In this document: one piece after another, positions 25,957 through 39,475 of the stretch
Numbering within the stretch: position 1 is the stretch's first letter
How the letters are laid out: the number at the start of each line of letters is the position of its first letter
Assembly (NCBI RefSeq): GCF_964188315.1
Contig: NC_135655.1
Coordinates: forward strand, 29,264,001 to 29,328,000
Length of the DNA stretch: 64,000 nt
From: Podarcis muralis
Lineage: Eukaryota
Direction: 5' to 3'
Program-made: the position numbers and the translations under genes
Notes under the pieces: model-generated
The model's input: the letters and a program-made list of their open reading frames with translations, nothing else
Told to the model about the DNA's origin: nothing
Database searches by the model: none

Positions 25957-27985
25957 AGTGCAGATGAGGTAGATTCAGCTTTAATTATGAATTGACTCTT
26001 CCCCCTTTCCCTAGCTGAGAATGACAATACACTGTATACTGTATAATGAACACTCCAGTGCTGGGTCTCTCCTTAGATACTCCCACCTACCCACACCTGT
26101 TTCCCAGTGAGGCCAATTGTTGCCAGGACTTCAGTAACTTCGGACTTATCCAGACTTCCACTTGTCCCACCACTTTCCCAAGGGAAAACCCACTCACTAC
26201 TGCTGAATTGTAGCAAATGTCAATCGGGTTTTTCACAGACTGATGTTTGCTCCAAATCAGCACTAAAGAGCAGTTTTTCCCGGGGAATGTGGCAGGAGGA
26301 ACAGAAAAGCACTCGGGCCATGTCTAGAAAGCATGGGACAAGCAGAAGCCCTTGGACTGGATATTTTCGGAGTCATATACAACATTGCGTTCTGAAATGC
26401 TTCTCGTTTCTGTTGTTTTTAAATGTTTTCCAAAGTTTTGGGAGCATTAGAGATTGCCTGATGAAAACCTTAAAGAAAGTTTGGTTGGTTACCAGCTCTT
26501 TGTCCATATCAGATGCAGTGTTGCATGAAGTGTTGCATGTTACTCATACTTTACTTTACAGGCATATGATGCGAGAACAGAAAGCACTACAGAACTGGCT
26601 GCAGTCTGGGCACTGATTGTCAGCTCCCGGTATAAATACTGCAGAATAATAGTTTTGAGGTGTCCTCTCATTGTTCCTCCTGAAGCTCCTACTGCTGTCC
26701 TTTTGTTCTTATTCCAGCATTCCAATGGCTCTTCTGTATGCATAGGAAGTTTTCTTATACCAATTCAGACCACTGGCCTATACAGCGCAGTATTGTCTAC
26801 ACTAATTAGCAGCCCATTTTCAGGCTGGGGTTTCTCACAGCCCACCTGGAAATGCAGGCAACTGAACCTGGGACCTTCTGCATGCAAAGCATGCAAAGCA
26901 GAGGCTCTCTACCACTGAGCCATGACCCTTCCTTTCTGGACATTTGCTTTATCTCTCCAATATACAGACCTGAATGTGAATTATTCACCTCTTGTACTCC
27001 TGCCATCCCTGAGCTCACCCCACCTGGGTGTCAGTAGTACCAGTCTTCCCCCTGTACCTTCCCAATCTCCACAACTGCCCCATGGACAATGACCAGCATC
27101 TGGATCCCAATTTCCCATTGGCTTTGACTTACTAGTTTGGGCATGGAGATTGAAATCTCCATTTGATGGCTCAATGTAGGCGGCCCAGACTTTGCAAATG
27201 GTGTTCCTGCCCCGACTACCCTTGATTCGCTCACGTGGCACCTTAGCACTTTCCATGTTCTGTCTCCTTTCCCATCTTCCCTATTCTCTCCATAACATCC
27301 CAAGCTGTAGATGATGGCAGGCTCCAGTGACACATCTCTCTGGGTTTGCCCTCCTGCCTGCACATATACTCATGAGCCCAGCCCTTTGTCTTTTGTTTAC
27401 AGGCCATTCCTCCTCGCTTCACTTCCAGATTTACCACGTTTAGAAAGACAACGTGACCTACTTAGGCTCCCTGACCTAGTTATAGCAGAAACACTGACTC
27501 CAAATGCTCACTCTAGGAAAAAAAAGAAGAAAAAAGGACAAAGGCAGTGGAGCATGGAGAGAAATATTATCATGATTGTTGCTAATGAAAACAAACCCAC
27601 CCGTATTGAGCTGCCTGCTGTTGCCTTTTTCAATCACTGCTGTTTCCCTGAGGGTTACTAGGCGTTCAGCTGCTCTTCCACTTCTGCAACTCTGGCACTA
27701 CCATCCAGCACCATCCTGACCTTTCCTTTATTTTCTCTGCTGCTCAAACCTTAAACTATTTTTCTTTCTCTTTTTTAAATAAAGTATTGGCTGCTGTAGC
27801 CTGCTTGCTCATGAGAACATAAAAAGAGCCCTGCTGGATTTAACCAATGGCCCATTTAGTCCAGCATTTCATTTCCACCATGGCCAACCAGATATCATTG
27901 AGAAGCTCACAAGCAAGACATGAGCACAACAGCACCTTCTGCACTTGAGATCCCCAGCAACTGGTATAAGAAGCATGTTGCCTCT

Positions 27986-29020
27986 GGGTTGGATGAGGTA
28001 ACTGTTAGGTGGATTTGTAGTTAGTTGACTGACTGAACCCAAAAAGTGCTCATTAATGGTTTTTCGCCCTCCTGAGAAAAAGTGATAAGTGAGGTCTGCA
28101 GGGTTCTGTCCTGGGCCCGTTGTTGTTCAACGTCTTTATGAAGGGCCTGGATGAAGGAATTGAGGGGATGCTCATAAAGTTTGCAGATGATGCCAGATTG
28201 GGAGGGGGTAACTAAAGCTGAAGAGAAAAACCGGGATTCAATATGACCTAAACATATTGGAAAAGTGAACCAACAAAATAAATTTCAATAGAGACAAATG
28301 TAAGGTTCTGCACTTAAGTAGGAAGACCCAGATGGACAAATATAAGATGAGAGACACCTGGCTTACTAGTAGTACATGTGAAGTCTTGGTAGACCACAAG
28401 CTTAACATGAGTCAACAGTGTGATGCAGCAGCAAAAAAAAAGCTAACCCTATTCTAGGCTGCATCAACAGAAGTATAGTGTCCAGATCAAGGGAAGTAAT
28501 AGTACCACTCTATTCCGCCTTAGTCAGACCACACTTGGAATATTGTGTCCAGTTCTGGACACCACAGTTTAAGAAGGATGTTGACAAGTTGGAACGTGTG
28601 CCGAGGAAGGCAACCAAGATGATCAAGGTTTCTGGAAACCAAGCCTTATGAGTAACGGTTGAAGGAGCTGGGTATGTTTAGCCTGGAAAAGAGGAGAATG
28701 AGAGGAGATATGATAGCCATCTTCAAATATCTTAAGGGTTGTCACATGAAGATGGAGCAAGCTTGTTTTCTCCTGCTCTGGAGGGTAGGACTCAGACCAG
28801 TGGATTCAAGGTCCAAGAAAGGGGATTCTGATGGAACATCAGGAAGAACTTTCTGACATTAAGAAGTGCTTGACAGTGGAACATTGTCAACTTTCCTTCC
28901 TTGGAGGTTTTTAAGCAGAGATTGGATGGCCACCTGTCATGGATGCTTTAGTTGAGATTCCTGCATAGCAGGGGGTTGGACTAGATGACCCATGGGTCCC
29001 TCCCAACTCTATGATTCAAT
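27986..29020 (+). mobile_element. CR1 LINE 3' fragment (RT remnant)
   Basis: [36 protein letters not shown] and [26 protein letters not shown]. ctatgatt-type tail. Confidence 0.9.
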
Positions 29021-29748
29021 GTTTCTAAGAGATGGCAAATGTTTTACCTGCTCTGCAGTTGTTCTGACAGTTGTGTCTCTCCTGTCTCTGATGGGGCTTC
29101 ATTGCACTCTATAGATAACAGTGTGAAGAGAGAGAAAAGTGGCAGCACGTTTGTGTCTCTTGAAACAGCTACCGGTACTTCTATCCTGTCACTTGCTTTC
29201 TGACTTGCTTCACTTCATCTTTTTCTTCTTGTTCTTCTGCAAATCTGCAGGAAATGAGAAGAGACCCAACAACCAGGAAGTAGTGCTGTCAAGATAGTAA
29301 GATAAGGAAATGAATCAGCATACCTCTAACTAAAGATCTAGCAGCACAGCAGCCATAACAAAAAGTGAAAGGAAGTTAGCAGGAAATCCAAATTTACCTG
29401 CTACCAGACTTGCACAAAACAGAGCTTTGCATCCTCCCATAGCTGTGCTTCCGAACATGTTGATTCAGGTTTTAGAAGGAAAGCATAATGAGAGTTATGG
29501 ATCTGCAAGGGGAGATTCACTTAAGAAAATTCAAAGGCTAACTTACGAATGTACCAAACTAACAATTTTTTCAACAAGGCAGTGTATTTTAAGAGCATCT
29601 ATTATTGTCGTGTTTATATCTTCTGATAACCAGAAAGTCAAAGTACTCCTAAGAAATAGTCGTAAGTGGCTTGAAATACTGGTGCGAATATTTCCACCCA
29701 TCTTCAGTGCTCACGTCTCATCTCTCTAGTTGACAAATGTCTGAGAAG

Positions 29749-30075
29749 CAGGGCTGGCCTGCCCATCAAGCAGTGCCCCCACCCTTCCAGCTTCTTCCAT
29801 CATGGACAGAAAAGTGGCACTGGCTGTGACGCTGGCTTCTGGTAAGATCTTGTGAGATCTCAACAAAATATCATGAGACCTTGAGTGCATGAGATCTCAT
29901 GAGATTTCAGTGAGATCTCATGAGATCTCACTAGAAACCATTGGCCGTAGCATCACTGCTTCACAGGCACTGCAACAATTCTCAGGTAAGGGAGGTAGCA
30001 GCGGGGTAGAGCAGTGCTGGGGCAGTGGCGGGGGGGGGGTCACCTTAGGCAGTAGAACAGGACATGCTGCCCCTG
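29749..30075. mobile_element. Old hAT-like non-autonomous element with a GAGATCTC array
   Basis: Degenerate caggg... and ...cccctg termini, weak TSD (ctgagaag/tcgagaat), internal palindrome array at 29845-29932. Confidence 0.45.
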
Positions 30076-31640
30076 TCGAGAATTATACCCTGGCATGCTG
30101 TTGGACACATTAGCAAACGAGGACTTATGAACCTCTTCTGACCACAATGACACACGAATAGGAGTACATAATTGCCTCCTTATCACTGTCCTGCCCCCCT
30201 CACTGCCTACAAAAGCAGCGATGAACCACCTAGAGCTTTTGATGATTAAGCAGTGTGTAAATCCTGTTAAATAAAAATAAACAAATATTTAAAATGGACC
30301 TAATGGCTGCACATTCAGGAACAATACCCTTTCACCTCATATCCTTTCCAAACTCACAAATTGTCTCCACTTCAGGCTGCCTGCAAACTCAGGAAGGTGC
30401 ACTTATCGTTGATACTTCCTTCATGCATCAAAGCTTTCATTCAGAACATTGCAATGAAATCTTTGTCTATGCATTGTTGGTTGTAACTCTTGCTTTTCCA
30501 CACAGAGAAGCTGACTGGACAGGCAGCTGAATCTTTATTTGACACTGATGAAGGTGTTGTGTCTTCCGCCACACTTGAAGTAGCAAGCTAGTTTGGAGGG
30601 CGGGTCAGGAGATGCTATGTAGCAAATGCACCCCAGCATCTGCTGCCTGAGGCATTTGCCTCACATTGTCTAATGATAGGACAAGCCCTCTAAATACTCG
30701 TAAGGCAAAAAAAGTCATTACACCTGCAGCTAATGCTTTTCTCATGTTACTATCGCTTCTTTGTATAGTACATTTAAAAGTTTTCACCTAAGCCCACAGT
30801 CAGCTTGGTTGAGGTAGGCTAGTTCTGAGTGATTGTGTCTTAGCCCTTGCCACTGATTGAGCTTCACGGACAACCTCCCCCCCCCCCTCCAAATCCATAT
30901 ACTTTATCCACTGAGCCACAATGAGACATTATTGGGGAAAGTCACTGAAGGAGATATTTTTTTTATAAGCACATTCTCATTTAGCTTTACCACAGTGAAT
31001 AACTTTTGTGTCCTTTGTTTTAAAAGAAACTTAATTTCTCATTTCAGGCTCTAATCATTTTTGTGTACCTTGCTGGGATCAAGCTGTGTTTCAGCTCCAT
31101 TACTGTTTATGAAATGTACTTATTTTCAATGTCACAAAGTAATCTGTTGCATGCAAAACCTCGCTATGTACAATTGTGATAAGCACACATTAAAATCTGC
31201 TTCCGTCCAACGACAAGTGTGAGATTGACTTTAAGATGGCAGCGCTAATGGTGATGGCGATGATCATCATAATGATGATGATAAATGACTTCTGTTTATT
31301 CCTCTTTGAGGTAATGAGCCTTTAATATCAACAACACTTTTTCACGGGTGCAGGCCTAGAAATCTACTAGGTTTCTGAGGATTTTATCTATTTATCTATT
31401 TATTCTTAGAGCTGCAAAGTTAACATTTAGATTTCAGAGTAGTTTTCTTTCTTTGCCATCCAGAGCTGAGGGGTTAAACAGATGGATAGTACCTTCTCAT
31501 AGAGGGTCAAGGAAGGACCACACCAATGTCTGACTGGGAAATCCCACACTTATCATTGAGCAATACAAGGTGCACCAGATAGTAAATGAATACCCAGTTC
31601 AGCACTATGTGTCATAAGTGTGGAGAAACAAACTTAAACA

Positions 31641-32169
31641 TGTTGCAGAGTTTAGCAGGGTTTCCAAAAAATAGACCAGAGGCAATATTTCATCCAGCGG
31701 AGCTTTTACATGTGCTGAAGGCAAATGTAGCGTAATGCTTATCAAATCCAATACAATCAGGATTGACTCAGTCCATACACAGTTGCAGCACTTACAAAAC
31801 TTAAAAACTTACAAGAAGACTAAACCTTAACACTATACAGAAACAGAAACACCACACCAGAAGGAATAGAGAGAAAGAGAAAAGACCCAGGCTCCTTCTG
31901 GCCTATATTTATAGTCAGCATGACTCTGCAGAATAGAGATAAGAGAACTACTTCATAGCAGCTTCCCAGAAGGTATAACCCAAACCATCATTAACCCTTC
32001 TGTCTCTGCTTCTCTCACACAGAGAAGCCTCTAGTAGCTTTGAGAATCCTCCTGTATTAATCCAAATAGAAAAGAATCTTTACACATGAGATCAATACTT
32101 TCTGCACTAAGAAATGCAAACTGGCACTATGAAGATGTTCCTGTCCTGAGCCACAGTCCAAGCAGGACA
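31641..32169 (-). mobile_element. Solo LTR (529 bp)
   Basis: TGT...ACA ends. 4-bp TSD aaca at 31637-31640 and 32170-32173. Minus-strand TATAAATA within 31903-31914. Confidence 0.55.
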
Positions 32170-33372
32170 AACAGCAGGTAGTTTAGTTATTTATTGGCAC
32201 GGTGAGTGAAAGCACCCTGTGACTTCTCCTACACTAAAGTTGTTGCTGTGCCTGCCTCTTCTAGTCCCTCCTGGTCCTGGGAGACAGTAGGGGAGGGGAC
32301 CAAGTGGGTTCGGCTGACCCCCCTCCCTTCAGACACTGTCTCTCCCTCTGCTCCTGGCACGTCCTGTCCTCTTCCCTCATCTCTGACTGCTCAGACTGCT
32401 CCCCATCCTCAAGCTCTGGCTCCTGCCTCACGGTAGGTACAAAACCCCATAAATTGCTCCCTCTGTTGGTGTTCCATGTCCAGTGTTATGTCCTGAATTG
32501 CTGGAGTGTATTTGGAACAATGGAGATACTTTGCACTTGCATGTATCTGCATGCAAAAGCCTACAAGCTGTATATATCTATGTCTGGAACTGTTTTACTA
32601 AGCCTTATCTTCTGCAACAGAAAACTATTTGGACCTTAAGCTGCTTCCATGTGGTGACTGGTGCTGGGAGCAAATTCCACTGCCTTTGTATCTCATATCA
32701 GATTCCCAACACCTCTTCCACCTGTTCCTCAGAGCCCTGACAGTCCATGACAGTACTTGAGTGTGAGGAGCATCTGGGACAGCACTATGCAGATAGCAGC
32801 AGTATGTAGTAGCAGCCCCACCAGACACACTTCATCAGCCAGTAGCTGTGCATTTTCATGGTGTGACCTCAGAGCCAAGGGTTAGCAAGCACATGAATGT
32901 TTTTTAAAACTGGATTGCTGGCCCAGGTGGCCCAGGGCTAGAAGATTGAACCCTTTGCCCGCCCACTGAATTCCTGATCAAGATCAGGGCCCCTGCACCT
33001 TCTGTTTGCCCTAAGGCAAGGAGGGAATCTCCCATATGCTTCAATGAGTATTCTGACCAAAACAAATAGAAAGTATGGAAGATGGATCTGAATCAAAACT
33101 GCAGCAGGGCAGGAAAGGGTTAAAGACCTTTCACCCTGATCTGGATCCTACCACACTGTGACTAGCCACATGCCCCAGGAAATCCCACAAGCAAGACCTG
33201 AAAACAAGAGCCTTGCCCTGTTTTGCCTCCCTTTATCTAGTGTTCAGTGGCATGCAGCTTCTAAACTTGGAGGTAATACGCAGCTTGTAGGGCTTCAAGG
33301 TCAAAGTGGGTGGTTCTTGGCTACACTTGAACTTAAGTGTTCATCTTATTTGGGGGGGTGCCCATTTTACAG

Positions 33373-33424
33373 ATGTGGCCAAGTTTCATCACATGGACCA
33401 TGCACAACTATTGTGGAACGCAAG
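33373..33424 (+). other. Candidate 52-bp exon, gene unknown
   Basis: ccattttacag acceptor and AAG|GTAAGT donor. All three frames open. No recognised homology. Confidence 0.2.
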
Positions 33425-35361
33425 GTAAGTTATCTCTCCTTTGTTTCTATGGTTGTACAGAAGACACATTTTTTCTCCCCACACAGAAAAGCAACTGCAT
33501 CTCATGCAAATATCTCCTGCACTTTCCCTCCTCGCCAATGTAGAATATTTCAAACAAATGCATTAAACCCAAATTCCAGACACACTGGCTACATTTCTGA
33601 TGGCACCCTCTGATTAAATTTTCAGATGTCTGTAAGCATTCCCAAGCCACTGTGTATTGGGTCCCCTTCACAGTTAGGTTTATGTTATTAGTATTGACAA
33701 TCGTTCACTTGAAACCTAGGCCAGGACTGAAATCCCGTCTCGTCACTTATCTCTCCATTTTTATCTTGTTTGCTTCCTCTCATCATTTCAAATAAATACT
33801 CTCCTTCATAAAGATCCTCTTTTTTTCCTTTTTCTTTTTGCAAGGAGGGGAAGACTGCAAAAATGGGAGCAAATGGGCAAGCCAAAGTGAGCTAAAAAGA
33901 CAGGCATGAACAAGAAGAGGAAGCTTTAGTTTTCAGTATTGATGACATTATCCTGCCCCGCTATAAAATCTCTCTTGGGTAAACTTAGCAGATTTTTTTG
34001 CACTGTAGGGAATACCATTGTTTCCCTTAAGGAAGCAGGAAACGAAAAGAATGGGCAGGAGACTTTACAAAGGAAGAATGAGCGCGGGGGTATAGCAACA
34101 AAATATGCCCTTTGCTATTTGACATAATATTCCTCCTTTTGTAATGGAAAACTCAGCATAAAGTTGCCCCTAAAGATTCAAGGGGAGAGCCATATCTGGA
34201 ATTTGACAAAGAAGCATTGTTTGGTCACTGCGACACAGAGGGAAAGGAGGCAAAGATGGTTAAGAGAAGACATGGTGGAGATCAGGGAGCAATCCAGACC
34301 CAAGATCCAGCAGGAGGAGTGGAGTTTGGAATAGACAGATCTCTGACTGGGTCTGGACCAACAAGGGCTATGCTGTCCAAACTCAGCCAGAGATATGTCA
34401 GCATAGGCCAGTTAAAGCTCGCTAAGCCTAGGCTGTGGGAAGTCTCAAAAATGGGGGGGGGGGGACAGCGCAGCAGGAGACTTACCCCTCTGTGGCACCA
34501 ATGCACCCCACCCCACAACATCATGGCGGTGCAGCATGACATCATGCTCCCCCCAACCATGCCAGGCCAACTCAGCCCACCATCCCTCACCCACTGCCAG
34601 CTGCCTTACCTTTGCGGGGAAGTCAAAGGGATGCACAGAGGGAAGATGCTTCTTCCCATGCATCCCAGGTAGAGATCACCAGAGCGCCTTCCGGGAGGGC
34701 ACACTGGCAATCCTCCAAATGACGCCACAAGCATCTTTGTCCTGACGCATCCCTTTGAGGACCACTGTGGAATTTTGTGGGGGCCCATCCCCCTTCATGA
34801 AAATATTGTAGGGGCCCTGGCCCCCCTGTTTCCCCTCTTCCATATTCTGTTGAGCTGGGTCACATAATCTAGCAACCTAGTAGAAGCTACACTGGCCAAA
34901 GGGGTGGTGTAAATCAACCCCTATTTTAATGGCTTGCTTTCCCTCTGCCATGCTCAGTTCATCCGGCCGTAGCCTCACTGCCAAATGGAGTGTGTCATAG
35001 GAGCATGTGACTTCAGAATAACATACCCTGGCATAAATTATGCTGTTTTCCTACAGTTTTGATTGTTCTGCTCTCCTGTTATGAATAGCTTGGATTACAT
35101 GGGAAATGGCTTCATACCAGGTCAGACTTTTTGTCCATCCACCTCCCAGCATTGTCTGCTCTGACTGGCAACTGCTCTCCAGGGTCATTCCCATCATCTG
35201 CTACATCAGAGATGGCTGTGGCTCATCCTCAACTATAGGCCCTGCTGATGGAGACAGACAGGTTTGGAATCTGATGGCATTTGGAGGACCACAGCTTCCC
35301 CATTCCAGCATTACCCAATCCTCTACCACCAGCACTTAGCTACTGTGTAAGAAGAATGATA

Positions 35362-35717
35362 GGGACACGGGTGGCGCTGTGGGTTAAACCACAGAGCCTA
35401 GGACTTGCCAATCAGAAGGTCAGCGGTTTGAATCCACATGACAGGGTGAGCTCCCGTTGCTTGGTCCCTGCTCCTGCCAACCTAGCAGTTCGAAAGCACG
35501 TCCAAGTGCAAGTAGATAAATAGGTACTGCTCCGGCGGGAAGGTAAACGGCATTTCCATGCGCTGCTCTGGTTCACCAGAAGCGGCTTAGTCATGCTGGC
35601 CACATGACCCGGAAGCTGTACGCCGGCTCCCTCAGCCAATAAAGCGAGATGAGCGCCACAACCCCAGAGTCGGTCACGACTGGACCTAATGGTCAGGGGT
35701 CCCTTTACCTTTACCTT
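35362..35717 (+). mobile_element. Sauria SINE
   Basis: gggacacgggtggcgctgtgg head and (ttacct)n tail. TSD taagaagaaYgat at 35348-35360 and 35718-35730. Confidence 0.9.
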
Positions 35718-36746
35718 TAAGAAGAACGATGCCCAATACTGTCAATGTGAGATTCAGATTTAGTTTAACACCAAGAGACTCTGTGTTGGCATGGATCCCT
35801 CCTAGCCACAGGATTAATTGCAGCTCACTGTATTTGTATAGGTGGAGGTATGGGTGTTATTAATGCCAGAACTCAGACACTGTCTCCCTTCTTTTCCTCG
35901 TGTTGTACTGCTCAGACCTTGTCTCTCATGGTTAACATGACACAGGAGTATTTCTTGCTCACTGCAACATGGAGAGAAGGAAAGGGAGAATGATTTGGGA
36001 CAAAGGAATATGGCGTTATCTGAATGCCAGGCTCCTCATTTGAGAAAGAAATGCTAATATAAGTGGTGAAGGCATGAGGAAGAATGAGATCCACTGAGGT
36101 GTGAAAGCAGCAGAGATGAGAGGCAAAGATTCACAGCAATGGAAGCCTTTACACCATCCAACTTTGCAGGGCAACCTCTTGACTCACAGCAGGAGGGACC
36201 CATGAGCAGCTGCTGTGAAAACACATTAGGAAGCTCCACTGCCTTTCTAAAGTAGGCATTCCCACCACCACCTGGGTGGGAGACGGCTTGGAAATCAGAC
36301 TTCTAAAGGGCTGAGGAAAAAAATCATGTGAGATCAGTGTCAATTGTTGGGTTCAGGCCAAATGAGACGTGGAAACATCAGAACTTAATCTGCTGCTGAA
36401 TCTTTATAAACTGAGGGTAACGTGGGTTGATCCAGAGGCGCAAACCATGCCTTTCCTCACTGACACTTCCTCACACATGCATACGCATAAAGGTCTTCCC
36501 TCCCCCTATTAAAAATCAGCACTGAAAAAGCCATTTAAAGGCACACACAAAACAAAACAGAACAACAGCAGACCCTCTCACAACAGGCAGTTAGTGGCCA
36601 GAGACCTGTCTTTGTCTGCCAGCAACAGAAAAGTAGAGAGAGGACCAGTCTAGCCTCTAATGGAAGGGAGTTCCACGGGATCCAGTATGGGGGACCATGT
36701 AAGGGGACCATGTAAGATTCCTGCATCGCAGGGAGTTGGGCTTTAT

Positions 36747-36926
36747 CAGTGGTTCCCAAATAGCTAAGTACTAAGCACCCCTGTTTTGCAAAAGTCAAGC
36801 CACAACCCCATATTTTGAAATTTTTGGTATCTCTATGGTATTTTGTTATGTGAATGGTGCCACAGACCCCATGGGTGGGTTACGCAGACCCCCTGGGGTC
36901 CATGGTCAACCAATTGGGAACCACTG
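36747..36926. mobile_element. hAT-like MITE inserted in a CR1 3' end
   Basis: TIR cagtggttcccaa...ttgggaaccactg. CR1 tail (ggactagatga...ccttccaactctac) resumes after it. TSD degenerate. Confidence 0.7.
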
Positions 36927-39159
36927 GACTAGATGATAACCAAGGTTCCTTCCAACTCTACAGTTCTATGGTTTTATTAAGCATCTCTCTAAGCCCAAGG
37001 TATGGAGTTCCCATAATCTCTGGCCATTAGTTATGCTAACTAATGGGAGTTGAACTTCAACAATATCTGGAGGTGGCCCTCATGTTATCGACCTCTGCTC
37101 TGAGCAGCATAATAGCTATAGGTAAAAGGTAAAAGAGGATTTTAAATGGAGAACCAAATGAACAGACTGGTCAAGGTCTAAATTCTATTGTCAATTTTTG
37201 GTTTTAGTTTTCGTATGGTCTCTTTTTGGTTTTATTTATTTGGTCCACACCTTCAGGATGGAATATTAATGCACATAATAAATAAATGAAATAATACTTG
37301 AGGAACCATGCACAATTAAGTCATATATCCATCCCCATCCTAGAACAGTCTTTTTGAAGTGGAAGTTGAGCACACTTGCAACTCTCTTCAAAAGGGGTGT
37401 GATCTATGCAATGCACCTAGGAAACAATATGCAACTTGTGAACTAGTATTTTTGTTATCAAAAGTGAATGTTGCACAGTGTATCTAGGATCATTTGCTGT
37501 GGGGGGGGGGGAGTGTGCTCACATGTGCACCACTGATTACTATGCATGGCCTAACTAAATGGAAGGATATTCATGTGAACAAGAAGTAAACTGCACAACA
37601 GTTTCCACAAATTCTAGAAGGTCTTTCTCTGCCAAGGTGTAATAGGCTGAATTCCTACTTCAGACCCAAGCTGATCTCATGAAATTGCCCCCGCTGGTTT
37701 TAGTTCTCCTAGTAATGAGTAGTTCCCTGCTTACTCATAGCAGCTTTACTAAAAGGGACCAACTTCAGATACCACTCACTGCGCTCAGGATGCAGCTTCT
37801 GCTAACTTTGGTTTCCTAAACTTGTCCAAAATAAGATGCAATGGTTTCTTAAAACAGCCCCTGGAGCAACTGGACACCACTGTTTTGATTGCTGCATATC
37901 TTCTCTATGTATTATATATCTGTATTGGTTTTCAGTGGGGAAAACATTTGTTGCTTTTAGCACACTTATAAGTTTAAATAAAAACAAATATATCTGTATT
38001 GACTCGAGTTATTATGCTCAGTTTCATACAGCATAAGTGGTTCAAATAAAAATAGATTGGCTATAGTAAATGTGCATCAGTTCCAATAATAACAGAGGCA
38101 GCTTCAAGAAGCACAGGAGTTTAATTTTAATGCACTTTGGATTGACAAAGCAAAGGAAAGAAGACTGGGTTTACAACAGCTTTTAGTCTAAATTTTATGT
38201 CTGAGTTCTTTTATGCTGCAAGGTGAGAATGTTTGCCAGATTTACAAAACACAACTATGTGATTAAAGAATGTCTGCATATATACATGCCAGAAGGAGGA
38301 TGCAGGTCTCTTTTGCCAAGTTGAACAAGTGAGAAAACTACAAATGTAAGCTGAGTGTCAAAGAAATTTAAGATCCTGTGGAATTCACACTTGTGGCCAC
38401 AGCAAGCATCCCCCATAAGCCATACCCTTTGGGCAGTTGTGCCTTGCAATGGGACACTCTGAGTTAGCTGGTAGTTTGGCTCTGCATATTCACACTACAC
38501 ACACCAGCAATTACCAAACAGTGTGACAGGGCACTCTAGCCTGCTTCAAGGAAGGCAGAAGCAGACCTAGGAACAATGAAGCCTTGATAATGTGCAAATA
38601 GTTACTTCCTGAGTCAAGAGGCAGTACTTGAAGGCAGAACTCCAGAAGGTTGGGTGGAACCTAGAGCAGATTTGAGGGATGCAGGGGAAAGTGAGAGGAA
38701 AGTTTCCATTGCTAAAGGAAAATCTTTGTCCTGATGGAACCATAGATGTAGTGCTATGTTGCATACAGTTTAAGAGATCAATGTGCAGTTGGGTTAGTAG
38801 CAAGGTAAAGCAGAGGTTTTATGGACAGTAGAGTCTTGACCTGGATAGACACTCTGGTGCACACAAAATCTTTGATGCCAATTCTGATCATCTGTGACCA
38901 TGGGCCATGCTGGCTGGGGCTGATAGCAGCTCTAGTTCAACAATAAAACCTGGAGTAATGATTGTAGCTGATAAGGGCAGTGGAGATTGAGGAATCTCCA
39001 TCATGAATCTCAAGGGTCTGTGAGGAGGAGTTCCCCTCAACTGTTTTGCCACTTAGTCCAGTCACCCTGGGGCAAATATGTATATGTCACTATGACGCCT
39101 CATCATAGTGCTCTGCCAACATGGTGCCCTGTAAGCCAATTGTGAACCCATTCACACAC

Positions 39160-39162
39160 GCG

Positions 39163-39225
<63 letters not shown>
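39160..39225. repeat. (CA)n(GA)n compound microsatellite
   Basis: Direct reading. Confidence 0.95.
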
Positions 39226-39228
<3 letters not shown>

Positions 39229-39333
39229 AAACTGCATATGGATTTTGTCATAGCATAACTGCCCAATTATTATAAACTGACCTCAACAAAGACCAGGAAA
39301 ATAGGCCTGTGTTTTGCCTCACAGTAATACAAT

Positions 39334-39475
39334 GGTTGGATAGTGTTCTCGAAGCTACAAACATGAGCCTGACCAAACTGCGGGAGGCGGTGGAAGACAG
39401 GAGTGCCTGGCGTGCTCTGGTCCATGGGGTCACGAAGAGTCGGACACGACTAAACGACTAAACAACAACAACAAC
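39334..39475 (+). mobile_element. Bov-B 3' fragment
   Basis: gagtcggacacgactaaacgac(aac)n end. TSD aatacaat at 39326-39333 and 39476-39483. Confidence 0.9.

Noticed and set aside
26107-26616. 169-aa ORF
   Set aside because: Non-ATG start, no recognisable homology, and it crosses repeat-like sequence.
29058-29297. Two possible + strand exons joined by a roughly 75-bp intron (SPVSDGASLHSIDNSVKREKSGS...GNEKRPNNQE)
   Set aside because: The first donor (GTACTT) is poor and I recognise no homology.
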